From Fibrobacteria bacterium (lineage in GTDB: Bacteria; Fibrobacterota; Fibrobacteria; UBA11236), in NCBI GenBank assembly GCA_043745805.1, contig JAYTSD010000014.1, positions 32,001 to 96,000 on the forward strand: a stretch of DNA of 64,000 nt. Direction: 5' to 3'. The translations under genes and the position numbers were made by a program. Positions 1 through 8,948 of this stretch are shown one piece after another. A model generated the notes under the pieces. The model did no database searches and was not told where the DNA came from. It saw only the letters and a list, made by a program, of their open reading frames with translations. Numbering within the stretch: position 1 is the first letter of the stretch; every line of letters begins with the position of its first letter.

Positions 1-152
1 GTCAGCCTTGTCGTCTATGCAAAACCATTTTGAAGAAGATTGTAGTGGCGCAACGCGGCACGGTATTTTGCCCTAAATGCCAAGGACTTGGGCCTAAGTT
101 AAAGTCGAATTTAAAAGCGAGTTTAAAAAAAGCCGCGAAAAAAATGTTATAA
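1..152 (+). CDS. mutM: 3' end of formamidopyrimidine-DNA glycosylase (Fpg/MutM), C-terminal zinc finger; partial, runs off the left edge
   Basis: Not in the ORF track. The frame starting at nt 3 reads QPCRLCKTILKKIVVAQRGTVFCPKCQ...KKML* (TAA 150-152), the Fpg-type CxxC-x16-CxxC finger with the RGTxFCPxCQ motif. Confidence 0.85.
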   Translation, partial: QPCRLCKTILKKIVVAQRGTVFCPKCQGLGPKLKSNLKASLKKAAKKML

Positions 153-167
153 AGTTTCGGCTAATTT

Positions 168-794
168 CTAGCCGAAGTGAGGTAACACCCATAATACTAT
201 TATAGCTTGTACTAAGCCGATAATAAAACCTAAAACACCGCCTAACAATTCAATATCGCGAAATTCTTTTTTGGCAATATTTTCAATGATGGCTTGTAAG
301 CGTTCAATTTCAAAAGCCGCTATATTACGCGCTAAAGTTTTTTGTAAGTCGATTTTTCCCGTTAAAGATTGCGAAAGAAATTGCACAAATTCTTCATCAT
401 CATCGCTGAAGGCTTCAATTATTTTATCGCGAATACTATCCAACTTATCTTTGGAAAGAAACATTTTAATCATAGGAATCACGCTGAGAATATCATCGAT
501 TTTTAAATCCCATTTACTTCGTATCAATTGCTTAATCGCTTCCGAAGCATCCACTTTCTGTAAAAATCCGATGATATCGGCTTCGGTTAGAAATTCTTTG
601 GCAATTGCTTCTGCAATTTGCTCGGCTAGCTCGGCTTGGCGTTTAGGCAATAGCCCTTGCCAATTATAGCCCAATATTTTGATAGGATGAATAGGATGTA
701 AAAGCATTTTTACTGCTACCCAATTGGTAAACCAACCAATGGCTGCGGAAATAAAGGAAAGTGTGGCTAAAGTCCAGAGTATATGATTTGACAT
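168..794 (-). CDS. DUF445 family membrane protein
   Basis: IGWFTNWVAVKMLLHP...QGLLPKRQ near the N-terminus and IELLGGVLGFIIGLVQ at the C-terminus. ATG at 794 preferred over the upstream alternative start at 815. Confidence 0.8.
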   Translation of the reverse strand: MSNHILWTLATLSFISAAIGWFTNWVAVKMLLHPIHPIKILGYNWQGLLPKRQAELAEQIAEAIAKEFLTEADIIGFLQKVDASEAIKQLIRSKWDLKIDDILSVIPMIKMFLSKDKLDSIRDKIIEAFSDDDEEFVQFLSQSLTGKIDLQKTLARNIAAFEIERLQAIIENIAKKEFRDIELLGGVLGFIIGLVQAIIVLWVLPHFG

Positions 795-967
795 AGCCCG
801 AAACCTTACACCCAAAAGGAATTGGCGTCAAGGGAAAAAACTTTTTTACTTATAAACTTAAGGGTCGCAACCCAAATTTTGTCACAATGATAGAGAATAT
901 TGCTGGAAGTTTTTAATCCCCTAGGTATATTCTTTAAAGAGATTGTCTAAAATAGGATTTGCATAAA

Positions 968-1297
968 ATGAGCAGTGGTGTAGAAAAAGCCATATTAGCG
1001 AATTTAAACAAAGAACAAAGCCCTTTGATTCAAAGAGTGACGCTTAATAATCAAATCATTTTACATAACTATGTGGCCACCGTATCCCGTTCTTATGAAT
1101 GCAAACTGCTAGGTTGCTGTCAAAAATTTGATCTGGAATTAGTGCCAAATCAAGTATTGTATCCCAAGTATTGTGAAGATCATCGAAATTCTTTTCGACG
1201 CGAAAATTTCCTCCACCGATTTGCTATGCAAACACAAAATCAAAGCATAGAGGCTCTATCTTCATTTTCCCAATCAAACACTTCTGAACTAGAATAA
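968..1297 (+). CDS. hypothetical protein, possible small Cys/His metal site (CKLLGC...YCEDH)
   Basis: ORF fills the gap between neighbours. ATG at 968; the ORF track starts at TTG 959. No family recognised. Confidence 0.55.
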   Translation: MSSGVEKAILANLNKEQSPLIQRVTLNNQIILHNYVATVSRSYECKLLGCCQKFDLELVPNQVLYPKYCEDHRNSFRRENFLHRFAMQTQNQSIEALSSFSQSNTSELE

Positions 1298-1389
1298 TTC
1301 TCGATCCATAATTTTAAGCCATTTTTACGCCTTTTAAAACACCTTCACTTTGCTTTTAAAAGAGGGCCTAGATCTCCTATCTTTTTCCT

Positions 1390-1968
1390 GTGAAAAGTTT
1401 TTCTCGTTCGCTTATTTTATTTTTCTTGTGCCTTTGGCTTAGATCCTTGCGAATAAAATGGCATGGGGAAACGTTTCCGTTACAGGGCATTTTTTTATTA
1501 TGGCATGAGCATTTGCCGATTTGCATAAGAGCTTTTGACCACAAAAATATTGCCGTACTTATTTCGCAAAGTAAAGATGGAGATTGGGCTACGGAATTAT
1601 GCCAGAAGCTTGGTTATTCCGTACATCGTGGTTCAAATAGTCGAGGAGCCATTAGCGGCATGAAATCCTTGGCGAGAGATGCACAAAAACTTGGTTTTGC
1701 CGGCATGGCTTTAGATGGACCACGTGGGCCATATCATATCCCCCAACCGGGAACATTATGGTTATCGCAAAAGCTAGCCTTGCCCGTGTACCCTATTGCC
1801 GTCCGAGCGCAGTTTACCAAGCGATTAAAATCTTGGGATAAAGGTTTAATTCCTTTGCCATTCGCAACTATTCACATCCATTTAGGCCAAGGTTTTTTTC
1901 CACAAACTGTGGAAGATTTAAAAACTACCTTACTGCGAAATCAAGAGGCTGTAAATCAACTGGCGTAA
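1390..1968 (+). CDS. DUF374 / lysophospholipid acyltransferase family protein
   Basis: WH, LISQSKDG, RGSNSRG, DGPRGP and SWDK...PLPF motifs. Confidence 0.85.
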   Translation: MKSFSRSLILFFLCLWLRSLRIKWHGETFPLQGIFLLWHEHLPICIRAFDHKNIAVLISQSKDGDWATELCQKLGYSVHRGSNSRGAISGMKSLARDAQKLGFAGMALDGPRGPYHIPQPGTLWLSQKLALPVYPIAVRAQFTKRLKSWDKGLIPLPFATIHIHLGQGFFPQTVEDLKTTLLRNQEAVNQLA

Positions 1969-2133
1969 ATTTACCTGCAAATAAATGCAATAAAAAATGA
2001 CAAAAAATCACAATTTTCTCGTACACTCTTCTATTGAATTACAATAAATAACAATTACCTTTTCTCGCGAACAAAATGCCTGCTTGCTTCCTTTAGGTTG
2101 ACACTTGCGGCCATTATTTTCAGGAAGAGGAAT

Positions 2134-2469
2134 ATGAAAAAAATCGAAGCCATCATCCGCCCCCATAAATTGGAAGATGTAAGAGCGGCCTTGGATAGTA
2201 AAGTCACAGGGATGTCCATTACCGAAATGAAAGGGTTCGGACGGCAACGTGGCCATTCCGAAGTGTATCGTGGATCAGAATATAAAATCGATTTCGTTCC
2301 CAAAATTAAATTAGAGATCATCTGCAAAGATGAAGATGCTGAAGAAATTCTTGAAATCATTTGCATATCGGCTAGAACCGAAAAAATTGGAGATGGTAAA
2401 ATATTCATTTCCGATATCCAAGACATTATCCGTATCCGTACCGGCGAACGTGGGGAGGCTGTCATCTAA
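2134..2469 (+). CDS. glnK: P-II nitrogen regulatory protein
   Basis: MKKIEAIIRP, GFGRQRG..E.YRGSEY T-loop, GDGKIF, RIRTGE. ATG 2134 follows AGAGGA. Stop overlaps the amtB start. Confidence 0.95.
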   Translation: MKKIEAIIRPHKLEDVRAALDSKVTGMSITEMKGFGRQRGHSEVYRGSEYKIDFVPKIKLEIICKDEDAEEILEIICISARTEKIGDGKIFISDIQDIIRIRTGERGEAVI

Positions 2470-3704
2470 TGGATACTAATGTGACTCATGTTCTTGATAC
2501 TGGTGACACTGCATGGATGATGGTTTCCACCGCCATGGTATTGTTTATGATACCTGGGCTGGCTTTGTTTTACGGAGGCTTGGCGCGTGCTAAAAATATG
2601 CTCGGCACCATGATGCACTCCTTCATTACCATGGGCGTGATTACCTTGCAATGGGTAGTGATAGGATACTCATTGGCTTTCGGCGATGGTAACGCTTTCC
2701 TAGGTGGCACTGGTTACACTTTTTTGCACGGCATCGGGCCAGAGAGCCTACATGGAAGCATTCCCACTTATTTGTTTATTGCCTTTCAAGGTGCCTTTGC
2801 TTGCATAACGCCAGCGCTCATTTCTGGAGCTATTGCGGAGCGTATCAAATTCGGATCTTATATCATTTTTATTCTGCTTTGGTCCACCTTGGTCTATGAT
2901 CCAGTATGCCATTGGGTTTGGCATCCCAACGGATTCTTGGCGCAAGACGGAGTCATCGACTTCGCCGGTGGCATCGTGGTCCATCTTACCTCAGGCTTAG
3001 CCGGCTTGGTAGCTTGTATTATCTTGGGCAAACGCCATGGCTTGGACCGAGGCATACTACCCCACAACCTGGTGCATGTGGTTCTGGGCGCGGGCATACT
3101 TTGGTTCGGTTGGTTCGGCTTCAATGCAGGTTCAGCCTTAGGCTCGAACGGCCTAGCTACCTTGGCGTTCTTAAATACCTTGGTCGGCCCTGCAGCAGGC
3201 ATCTGCACCTGGCTTCTCATCGAAAAAATACACTTGGGAAAAAGCAGCGCCCTCGGTGGCGCTACGGGAGCAATCGCCGGTCTCGCCGCGGTTACCCCTG
3301 CTGCTGGCTCGACCTTGCCCTTCGCAGCCACGGGTTTGGCCGCGGTTACGTCCTGCGTATGTTACCTTTTCGTAGCGCGCAAGCATAATATGGGTTATGA
3401 CGATGCGCTTGATGCTTTTGGCGTCCATGGTATCGCGGGAATTTTAGGCCCATTGGCTTGTGGTATTGTTGCTTCGCAAGGTTTCAATTCCTTACTGTTC
3501 AATAATCCGGCAATTGTCCGCAGCGGGGGAAATCAATTACTAGTGCAACTTAAAGCCTTAGGAATAGTCGGTGCCTATTCGTTGGTGATGACCGCATTGT
3601 TGGTTTTTCTTATCGAGAAAACCTTGGGATTCCGGGTAGGTAAAGATGTGGAAGAGCAGGGTCTCGACTTATCCTTGCATGGTGAAAGAGCATACAATCA
3701 CTAG
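2469..3704 (+). CDS. amtB: ammonium transporter
   Basis: GDTAW, PGLALFYGG, DFAGG.VVH, WFGWFGFNAGS, DDALDAFGVHG; both conserved His residues present. Confidence 0.97.
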   Translation: MDTNVTHVLDTGDTAWMMVSTAMVLFMIPGLALFYGGLARAKNMLGTMMHSFITMGVITLQWVVIGYSLAFGDGNAFLGGTGYTFLHGIGPESLHGSIPTYLFIAFQGAFACITPALISGAIAERIKFGSYIIFILLWSTLVYDPVCHWVWHPNGFLAQDGVIDFAGGIVVHLTSGLAGLVACIILGKRHGLDRGILPHNLVHVVLGAGILWFGWFGFNAGSALGSNGLATLAFLNTLVGPAAGICTWLLIEKIHLGKSSALGGATGAIAGLAAVTPAAGSTLPFAATGLAAVTSCVCYLFVARKHNMGYDDALDAFGVHGIAGILGPLACGIVASQGFNSLLFNNPAIVRSGGNQLLVQLKALGIVGAYSLVMTALLVFLIEKTLGFRVGKDVEEQGLDLSLHGERAYNH

Positions 3705-3737
3705 AATCATCCTAGTGTGATTCGCTGAATCCTAAAA

Positions 3738-3775
3738 CAAAATCGCCTCTTCCGAACACGGAAAAGGCGATTTTG
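3738..3775. terminator. hairpin between the converging amtB and tRNA-Ala, probable bidirectional terminator
   Basis: CAAAATCGCCT-C-TTCC-gaacac-GGAA-A-AGGCGATTTTG inverted repeat. Confidence 0.75.
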
Positions 3776-3780
3776 AAAAA

Positions 3781-3856
3781 TGGTGGAGACTAGGAGATTC
3801 GAACTCCTGACCCCCGCACTGCCAGCGCGATGCTCTACCAACTGAGCTAAGTCCCC
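3781..3856 (-). tRNA. tRNA-Ala (anticodon GGC)
   Basis: Reverse complement GGGGACTTAGCTCAGTTGGTAGAGCATCGCGCTGGCAGTGCGGGGGTCAGGAGTTCGAATCTCCTAGTCTCCACCA forms a cloverleaf with a G3.U70 pair, TTCGAAT T-loop and encoded CCA. Confidence 0.97.
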
Positions 3857-3940
3857 ACTTTGGGGCGTAAAGGTAATATCAATGCCGTGAATTTTAAACC
3901 CTTGGGGCTAATTCCACCCGAAATACCACCGAGCTTTAGT

Positions 3941-6034
3941 TTATAAAGGCCAGACTAGATTTTGTTCTAATAAATGCAGATTCAATTTTCCAAAATTTTG
4001 GATGATGGGTAACAAGGAATCGTATTCCGCTTGATGCTGGGGAAGAAGATTGTGATACTCAATTTTATCCTGTAAAATATTAAAAAGTTCGGCCCCTTGC
4101 TCCCTTTTTAAACCCACTATTCCTCCATGCGCTCTATATGGACCGGACTCAATCACACCTTGTCCATCTCGCAAACAATAGCTGATATTTTTCTCCACAA
4201 CATTGGTGCGAAACATACTATGTCCCATAAAATGATTGGTGGTTTTAATACCCACCATATCCAGTAAAGTGGGTCCGATATCTAATTGGCTAGCTGGATA
4301 ATGATGCCAAGCTTCTCCTTTAAAAAAAGGATGTGAGCCCGACATGATAAAAGGAATCCAAGTGGATTCCGTATACAAGCCAAAGCCAATATCACTTTTG
4401 CTATGCTCCGCTAAAGCGAATCCATGATCCGCCATAAACACAAAAATAGTATTGGCATACCAAGGTTCATTTTCCACGCTGTGCATAAATTGTTTTATGC
4501 AATTATCGGTATAGGTCATTGTCGCAGCCATACGATCTTGCAAGGTCGCTGTGCTAGGCAAATCTTTTACCCCTTCAACGGCATTAAAAGGATAATGATT
4601 TGATTTGGTCATGGCGGTTAAAAAGAAAGGCTTATTTACGGTTAAACTATCCTTCATCCACTTAGCCATATGGCTTAACATCAATGCATCCGTTTCGCGA
4701 TGCCTATCATAAGTAAAATCTTGATACCATTGTCGCAACCAAGTTATTTGACTGTCCCATGCCGGATCCGCGGTGGAAAAGAAATGCGTTTTATAACCAT
4801 ACTCACCAAAAATAGCTGTAAATGCATGTTGCTTTAAGGTAGCGAAGTCACTCGCAACAATGCGTGAGGGATGCGGCAAAATACTTTCATGTATGGTAAT
4901 TAATGCCGTAACCGTGGGCAGTCCAGCCACATTAAAGCGTGTCCAAACTTGTACATTTTTTGCAAGGCTATCGAAATAGGGCGTGGCATCGGTATGCGCA
5001 CCATAAGGTTTTAAAAATCCACAATTCACCGCTCTATGCGATTCCATCACTATCATCACAATATTTTTTGGCTGCGCATCCAGTCCGTCACAATTTTGAT
5101 CAATGCCATCGCTGGGGTAGTCGATGGCTCCATTATGAATTGTAGAATCCCTATCATTACAATCTTTGCTTACGGAATAACCATCCTGATCTTTATCGAG
5201 CATACAAAAATTCTGCGGAAAGCCTGTAACAGGTAAAATCAAATGCGCCTCTAGACTTTGACAATATTCCATTAGGGGCATGCGCACATAGGGATGCGCG
5301 GAATCCGTGAAAACCCAATCACTATCACCTTCAATTTGTTGCCAATGATTTTGATAAAATGCTGACAGATTTGAAAATTCCTGGGTATTCAATGCGGAAA
5401 AATCTTTTCGTGATAAATCATCTAAGAGAATTTGCACTACCGGTTTTAATTTTCTTTCCCGAAATCCTCCTGGCCAAATCCAATTTATATAGGCGTAACA
5501 TACAGCATAAATCAAGGCTACCCAAATTGCGGTTCGTTTAGGTTTTATTCCTTTAGCCCAGGAAAATCTTTCCATGATTCGAAAGGCAAAGATTGAAAAA
5601 GGAATACAAAGTAATATCAGTGCATAGGGCAAAAATTTAAGCGATAAATCGGAAGCCACAAATTTTAAAACTTCTTTCATGGCTGAGGTGTTTCCATAAG
5701 TACTCAGAAAAGACCAATCTAAATGCATCCCCATAAAACGCTGCGTTTCATGATCGCCTACAGTAAAAAGTAAAAGTATTGAATGGAAAGCTCCCAGCAA
5801 AAACCAAATAAAACGGTGAATGTTTTTGTTATTCCTAAAAAGAAAAATCAATATTAAAAAAGGCAATGAGTAATTTAGAATCCAAATAAAATCCATAGCA
5901 AAAGCATGGAATATGTACCAATCGGGTTTATTCACATAAGCAAATCCAAAGGCATCATTGCGGAAAATCAAAACCATGCGGAGCAATGCGTGAGTTACCC
6001 AAATCGCTAATAAATACGCTAATGCCAAGCCCAA
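3941..6034 (-). CDS. LTA synthase-like membrane sulfatase / phosphotransferase with an inserted DxDxDG...DCND...DGIDQNCDG motif
   Basis: About 5 N-terminal TM helices, then NIVMIVMES, TPYFDSLA, SNHYPF, YTD, VFMADHG, SQLDIGPTLLD. TTG start preceded by GAAAGGTG. Confidence 0.85.
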   Translation of the reverse strand: MGLALAYLLAIWVTHALLRMVLIFRNDAFGFAYVNKPDWYIFHAFAMDFIWILNYSLPFLILIFLFRNNKNIHRFIWFLLGAFHSILLLFTVGDHETQRFMGMHLDWSFLSTYGNTSAMKEVLKFVASDLSLKFLPYALILLCIPFSIFAFRIMERFSWAKGIKPKRTAIWVALIYAVCYAYINWIWPGGFRERKLKPVVQILLDDLSRKDFSALNTQEFSNLSAFYQNHWQQIEGDSDWVFTDSAHPYVRMPLMEYCQSLEAHLILPVTGFPQNFCMLDKDQDGYSVSKDCNDRDSTIHNGAIDYPSDGIDQNCDGLDAQPKNIVMIVMESHRAVNCGFLKPYGAHTDATPYFDSLAKNVQVWTRFNVAGLPTVTALITIHESILPHPSRIVASDFATLKQHAFTAIFGEYGYKTHFFSTADPAWDSQITWLRQWYQDFTYDRHRETDALMLSHMAKWMKDSLTVNKPFFLTAMTKSNHYPFNAVEGVKDLPSTATLQDRMAATMTYTDNCIKQFMHSVENEPWYANTIFVFMADHGFALAEHSKSDIGFGLYTESTWIPFIMSGSHPFFKGEAWHHYPASQLDIGPTLLDMVGIKTTNHFMGHSMFRTNVVEKNISYCLRDGQGVIESGPYRAHGGIVGLKREQGAELFNILQDKIEYHNLLPQHQAEYDSLLPIIQNFGKLNLHLLEQNLVWPL

Positions 6035-6191
6035 ATCACACCTTTCTAAAACTTAATTGTTTTTTAACCCTAAACTTAAGTATAAAGCCTATCTCAACAA
6101 CTCTTTATCGATCGATTACTATTAAGTTGCAGAGTGAGCATCACACACACTCGAAAACCAGTGATGTTTACATACTACAGAAAGAGATTCT

Positions 6192-6872
6192 ATGGGCGAC
6201 GAATTTAATGAAGCACTTATTCGCGGAAAAATGCGTCGCTCCGAAAAAGGAATTTTAGCAGGGGGAAAAGAACCGAATCAAACTGTACAGGGTAGCGGCT
6301 TACCCAATCACCATGGGATGCCCAAGCTTCCTCCCGGACAACATGTGGTAAAAAAATGGCCCGTTCTTGATTTAGGTGTGCAACCCGAAATCCCTAGAGA
6401 TTTATGGACGCTATCGGTACAAGGAGAAGTGGAAAATGCCTATGCGTTAAACTGGGATGAGTTTTTGGCTCTGCCGCAAGTAGAAGATGTGTCCGATTTT
6501 CATTGCGTAACCTCTTGGAGCCGCATGGATAATCGTTGGAAAGGCGTGCAATTTAAAACCCTCGCCGAAAAAGCTAAATTAAAACCCACGGCGACGCATG
6601 TGTATGTTACCGGTTACGATGGCTATTCCACGAATATGCGTTTAGAAGAAGCCATGGATGAGGATGTACTCATTGTACATATGTGGGAAGGCATTGATTT
6701 GCCTCGTGAACACGGCGGCCCAGCGCGCATGATCACTCCGCGAAAATGGGCGTGGAAGGGTAGTAAATGGATCAAAGGAATTTTCTTTTTATCCGAAGAT
6801 CAAAAAGGTTTTTGGGAGGTTCGCGGTTACTCTAATACCGCCGAACCTTGGTATGATGACCGTTATGCTTAA
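6192..6872 (+). CDS. sulfite oxidase-like molybdopterin-binding oxidoreductase
   Basis: LPPGQ, WPVLDLG, DFHCVTSWS, LPREHGGPAR, WKGSKW, GFWEVRGY. Confidence 0.9.
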   Translation: MGDEFNEALIRGKMRRSEKGILAGGKEPNQTVQGSGLPNHHGMPKLPPGQHVVKKWPVLDLGVQPEIPRDLWTLSVQGEVENAYALNWDEFLALPQVEDVSDFHCVTSWSRMDNRWKGVQFKTLAEKAKLKPTATHVYVTGYDGYSTNMRLEEAMDEDVLIVHMWEGIDLPREHGGPARMITPRKWAWKGSKWIKGIFFLSEDQKGFWEVRGYSNTAEPWYDDRYA

Positions 6873-6899
6873 TGGCAATAACCATAAATGCAAATTACT

Positions 6900-7976
6900 T
6901 TAAATTAAAGCGTAATGAGAGTCTCGCTCTTTAGCGACTCGCCCTTTACCGACAATTAAACTTTGTAATTCCAAGGACGTCATCGTAGGATGCGCCATTC
7001 CACCGGCCATAGAATAAATTTTAGTACTATCATCCACCGTACCATCTAAATCATCCACGCCATAGTCCAATGCTTGGACAGCCAAATCAATTCCTAACAT
7101 AACCCAATAAGCTTTTAAATGAGGTATATTGTCTAAAAATAAACGCGACACTGCATAAGTACGTAAATCTTCTTCTGGAGAGACTTCGGGCAATTCACTC
7201 AAAGCATTACTTTCGTTACGGTAACGTAAAGGGATAAACGCTTTAAAACCACCAGTTCTATCTTGCACTTCGCGCAATTGGGCCATATGATTTATGCGTT
7301 GCGCACGGTTTTCCACATGACCATATAGCATAGTCGCATTTGAAAACAAACCCAGCTTATGCGCAGTTTCATGCACCTCTAGCCATGTATGCGCGGGCGC
7401 TTTGCCTCCCGCAATACGCCGACGTACTGCAGAATCAAATATTTCCGCGCCACCTCCTGGCAAGGAATCCAAACCTGCATGCTTTAAACGAGTTAAAGCA
7501 TCTTGCACCGTAACACCGCTTTTCTTTGCGAAATACGAAATCTCTACCGCTGTAAATGCTTTAATATGAATTTCTGGGCGATGTGATTTTACCCATGCAC
7601 ATAAAGCTTCGCCATATTCCACGCCTCTATCCGGATGTACTCCACCGGTAATATGAATTTCCGTTAAGGCGCCGATAGGGTAACTGGCAAGTTTCTTCGC
7701 TAAATCGTCAAAGGTATAATCCCAAGCCCCATCGACTTCCGTTGCCTTAGGCGAACGATAAAAAGCACAAAACTTACAAGCATAAATGCATTTGTTGGTT
7801 GGTTCAAAATGCAAGTTGCGATTATAATAAGCTTCCTCACCATGTAATACGCATCGACGTGCATTAGCTTCCTTTTGCAACCATTCCAGTGGGGCTTCTG
7901 CAAACAAAAAAACACCGTCTTCTTCCGAAAGCCTTTCCTGCCGCTTTAATTTCTCAGATATCTCCAATAAATTCAT
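6900..7976 (-). CDS. mqnE: aminofutalosine synthase (radical SAM, futalosine menaquinone pathway)
   Basis: TNKCIYACKFCAF (CxxxCxxC), HIKAFTAVE, LPGGGAEIF, NATMLYGH, HLKAYWVM, DLDGTV...KIYSMAG. Confidence 0.88.
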   Translation of the reverse strand: MNLLEISEKLKRQERLSEEDGVFLFAEAPLEWLQKEANARRCVLHGEEAYYNRNLHFEPTNKCIYACKFCAFYRSPKATEVDGAWDYTFDDLAKKLASYPIGALTEIHITGGVHPDRGVEYGEALCAWVKSHRPEIHIKAFTAVEISYFAKKSGVTVQDALTRLKHAGLDSLPGGGAEIFDSAVRRRIAGGKAPAHTWLEVHETAHKLGLFSNATMLYGHVENRAQRINHMAQLREVQDRTGGFKAFIPLRYRNESNALSELPEVSPEEDLRTYAVSRLFLDNIPHLKAYWVMLGIDLAVQALDYGVDDLDGTVDDSTKIYSMAGGMAHPTMTSLELQSLIVGKGRVAKERDSHYALI

Positions 7977-8085
7977 GTTTATTTCCTTCTTCGATAAATT
8001 TAACAGGTTGTATCCGCTTTTAGAAAAGACATGTATTATCTTTTCCCAGAAAAATTGCGGAACTTAGAGGAGCATAAAGAAATAT

Positions 8086-8409
8086 ATGGCCAGTACTGTT
8101 GAAGAAATCACCATCAATTTTTCCGAAGAAGATGGCACCTTAGTATGTAAAGAGGTGGAAAAAGAGGTTTTGACTAAAGGTGCTTGGGCCACTATTATGT
8201 TCAAATACCAAGATTTAGACAAAGCATCCGGCACTTTCAAAGCGCCTAAAATGTCCATTCGTCGTTATCAAAAACGCAATGGCGAATACAAAACCAAAAG
8301 CAAATTCAATTTTTCCTCCGTCGCTCAAGCCCAAAAGGTTGCTGAGGTGCTGTTAAAGTGGAGTTCCGGTTTATCGGATGAAGGTGGAAAAGACGACACC
8401 GATGATTAG
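8086..8409 (+). CDS. small hypothetical protein
   Basis: ORF co-oriented with ybeY, GAGGAG about 14 nt upstream. Motif KGAWATIMF...SIRRYQK.NG....KSKFN. Confidence 0.7.
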   Translation: MASTVEEITINFSEEDGTLVCKEVEKEVLTKGAWATIMFKYQDLDKASGTFKAPKMSIRRYQKRNGEYKTKSKFNFSSVAQAQKVAEVLLKWSSGLSDEGGKDDTDD

Positions 8410-8438
8410 CCTTGCTTAAAAATTAGGGTTAAATAATT

Positions 8439-8849
8439 ATGGCCGTTCAAATTTTCACCTCCGAATGCTCGGAGACTATACCGGAAAAACGCCAATTGGC
8501 TCAACTGGTGCAAAAAGTTCTTCGGGCAGAAAAACAAAAAGGGGATGTTAATTTGGTTTTTTGCGAAAATAAGCAAGTTCGCATCCTTAATCGAAAATAC
8601 CGTAAACTCGATAAAGTTACCGATGTATTATCCTTTAATTATGATGAAGAGGATATTTTAGGTGAGATTTACATCGCGGGAACCCAAGCTTTGACTCAAT
8701 CTAAGCGCTATAAGCACTCTTTTTTAAATGAATTACGCCGTTTAGTGGTACATGGAGCCTTGCATTTGTCGGGTTATGACCATATAATCTCAAAGGAACG
8801 GAAGATTATGCGCGCTAAGGAAGAACATTATTTAACATCGGGAAAATGA
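8439..8849 (+). CDS. ybeY: rRNA maturation endoribonuclease
   Basis: LNRKYR...TDVLSF, GEIYI, HGALHLSGYDH zinc motif. Confidence 0.95.
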   Translation: MAVQIFTSECSETIPEKRQLAQLVQKVLRAEKQKGDVNLVFCENKQVRILNRKYRKLDKVTDVLSFNYDEEDILGEIYIAGTQALTQSKRYKHSFLNELRRLVVHGALHLSGYDHIISKERKIMRAKEEHYLTSGK

Positions 8850-8948
8850 ATTATCTTTTCACTATGAGTTTTTCTGACATTGGCCAAAGGCATTACCCTA
8901 GGCAATGCACCGCCTACATAGTGGCTATAGAAACTTAAAGAAAAATCC

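Noticed and set aside
271-669. Antisense or alternate-frame ORFs in the track (e.g. 271-669, 2055-2465, 2894-3388, 8828-9202, 42875-43249, 63257-63613)
   Set aside because: They overlap well-supported genes and have no recognisable motifs; treated as shadow ORFs.
2095-2108. Possible sigma-54 promoter before glnK (AGGTTGACACTTGC)
   Set aside because: GG-to-GC spacing is 9 nt, not the required 10.
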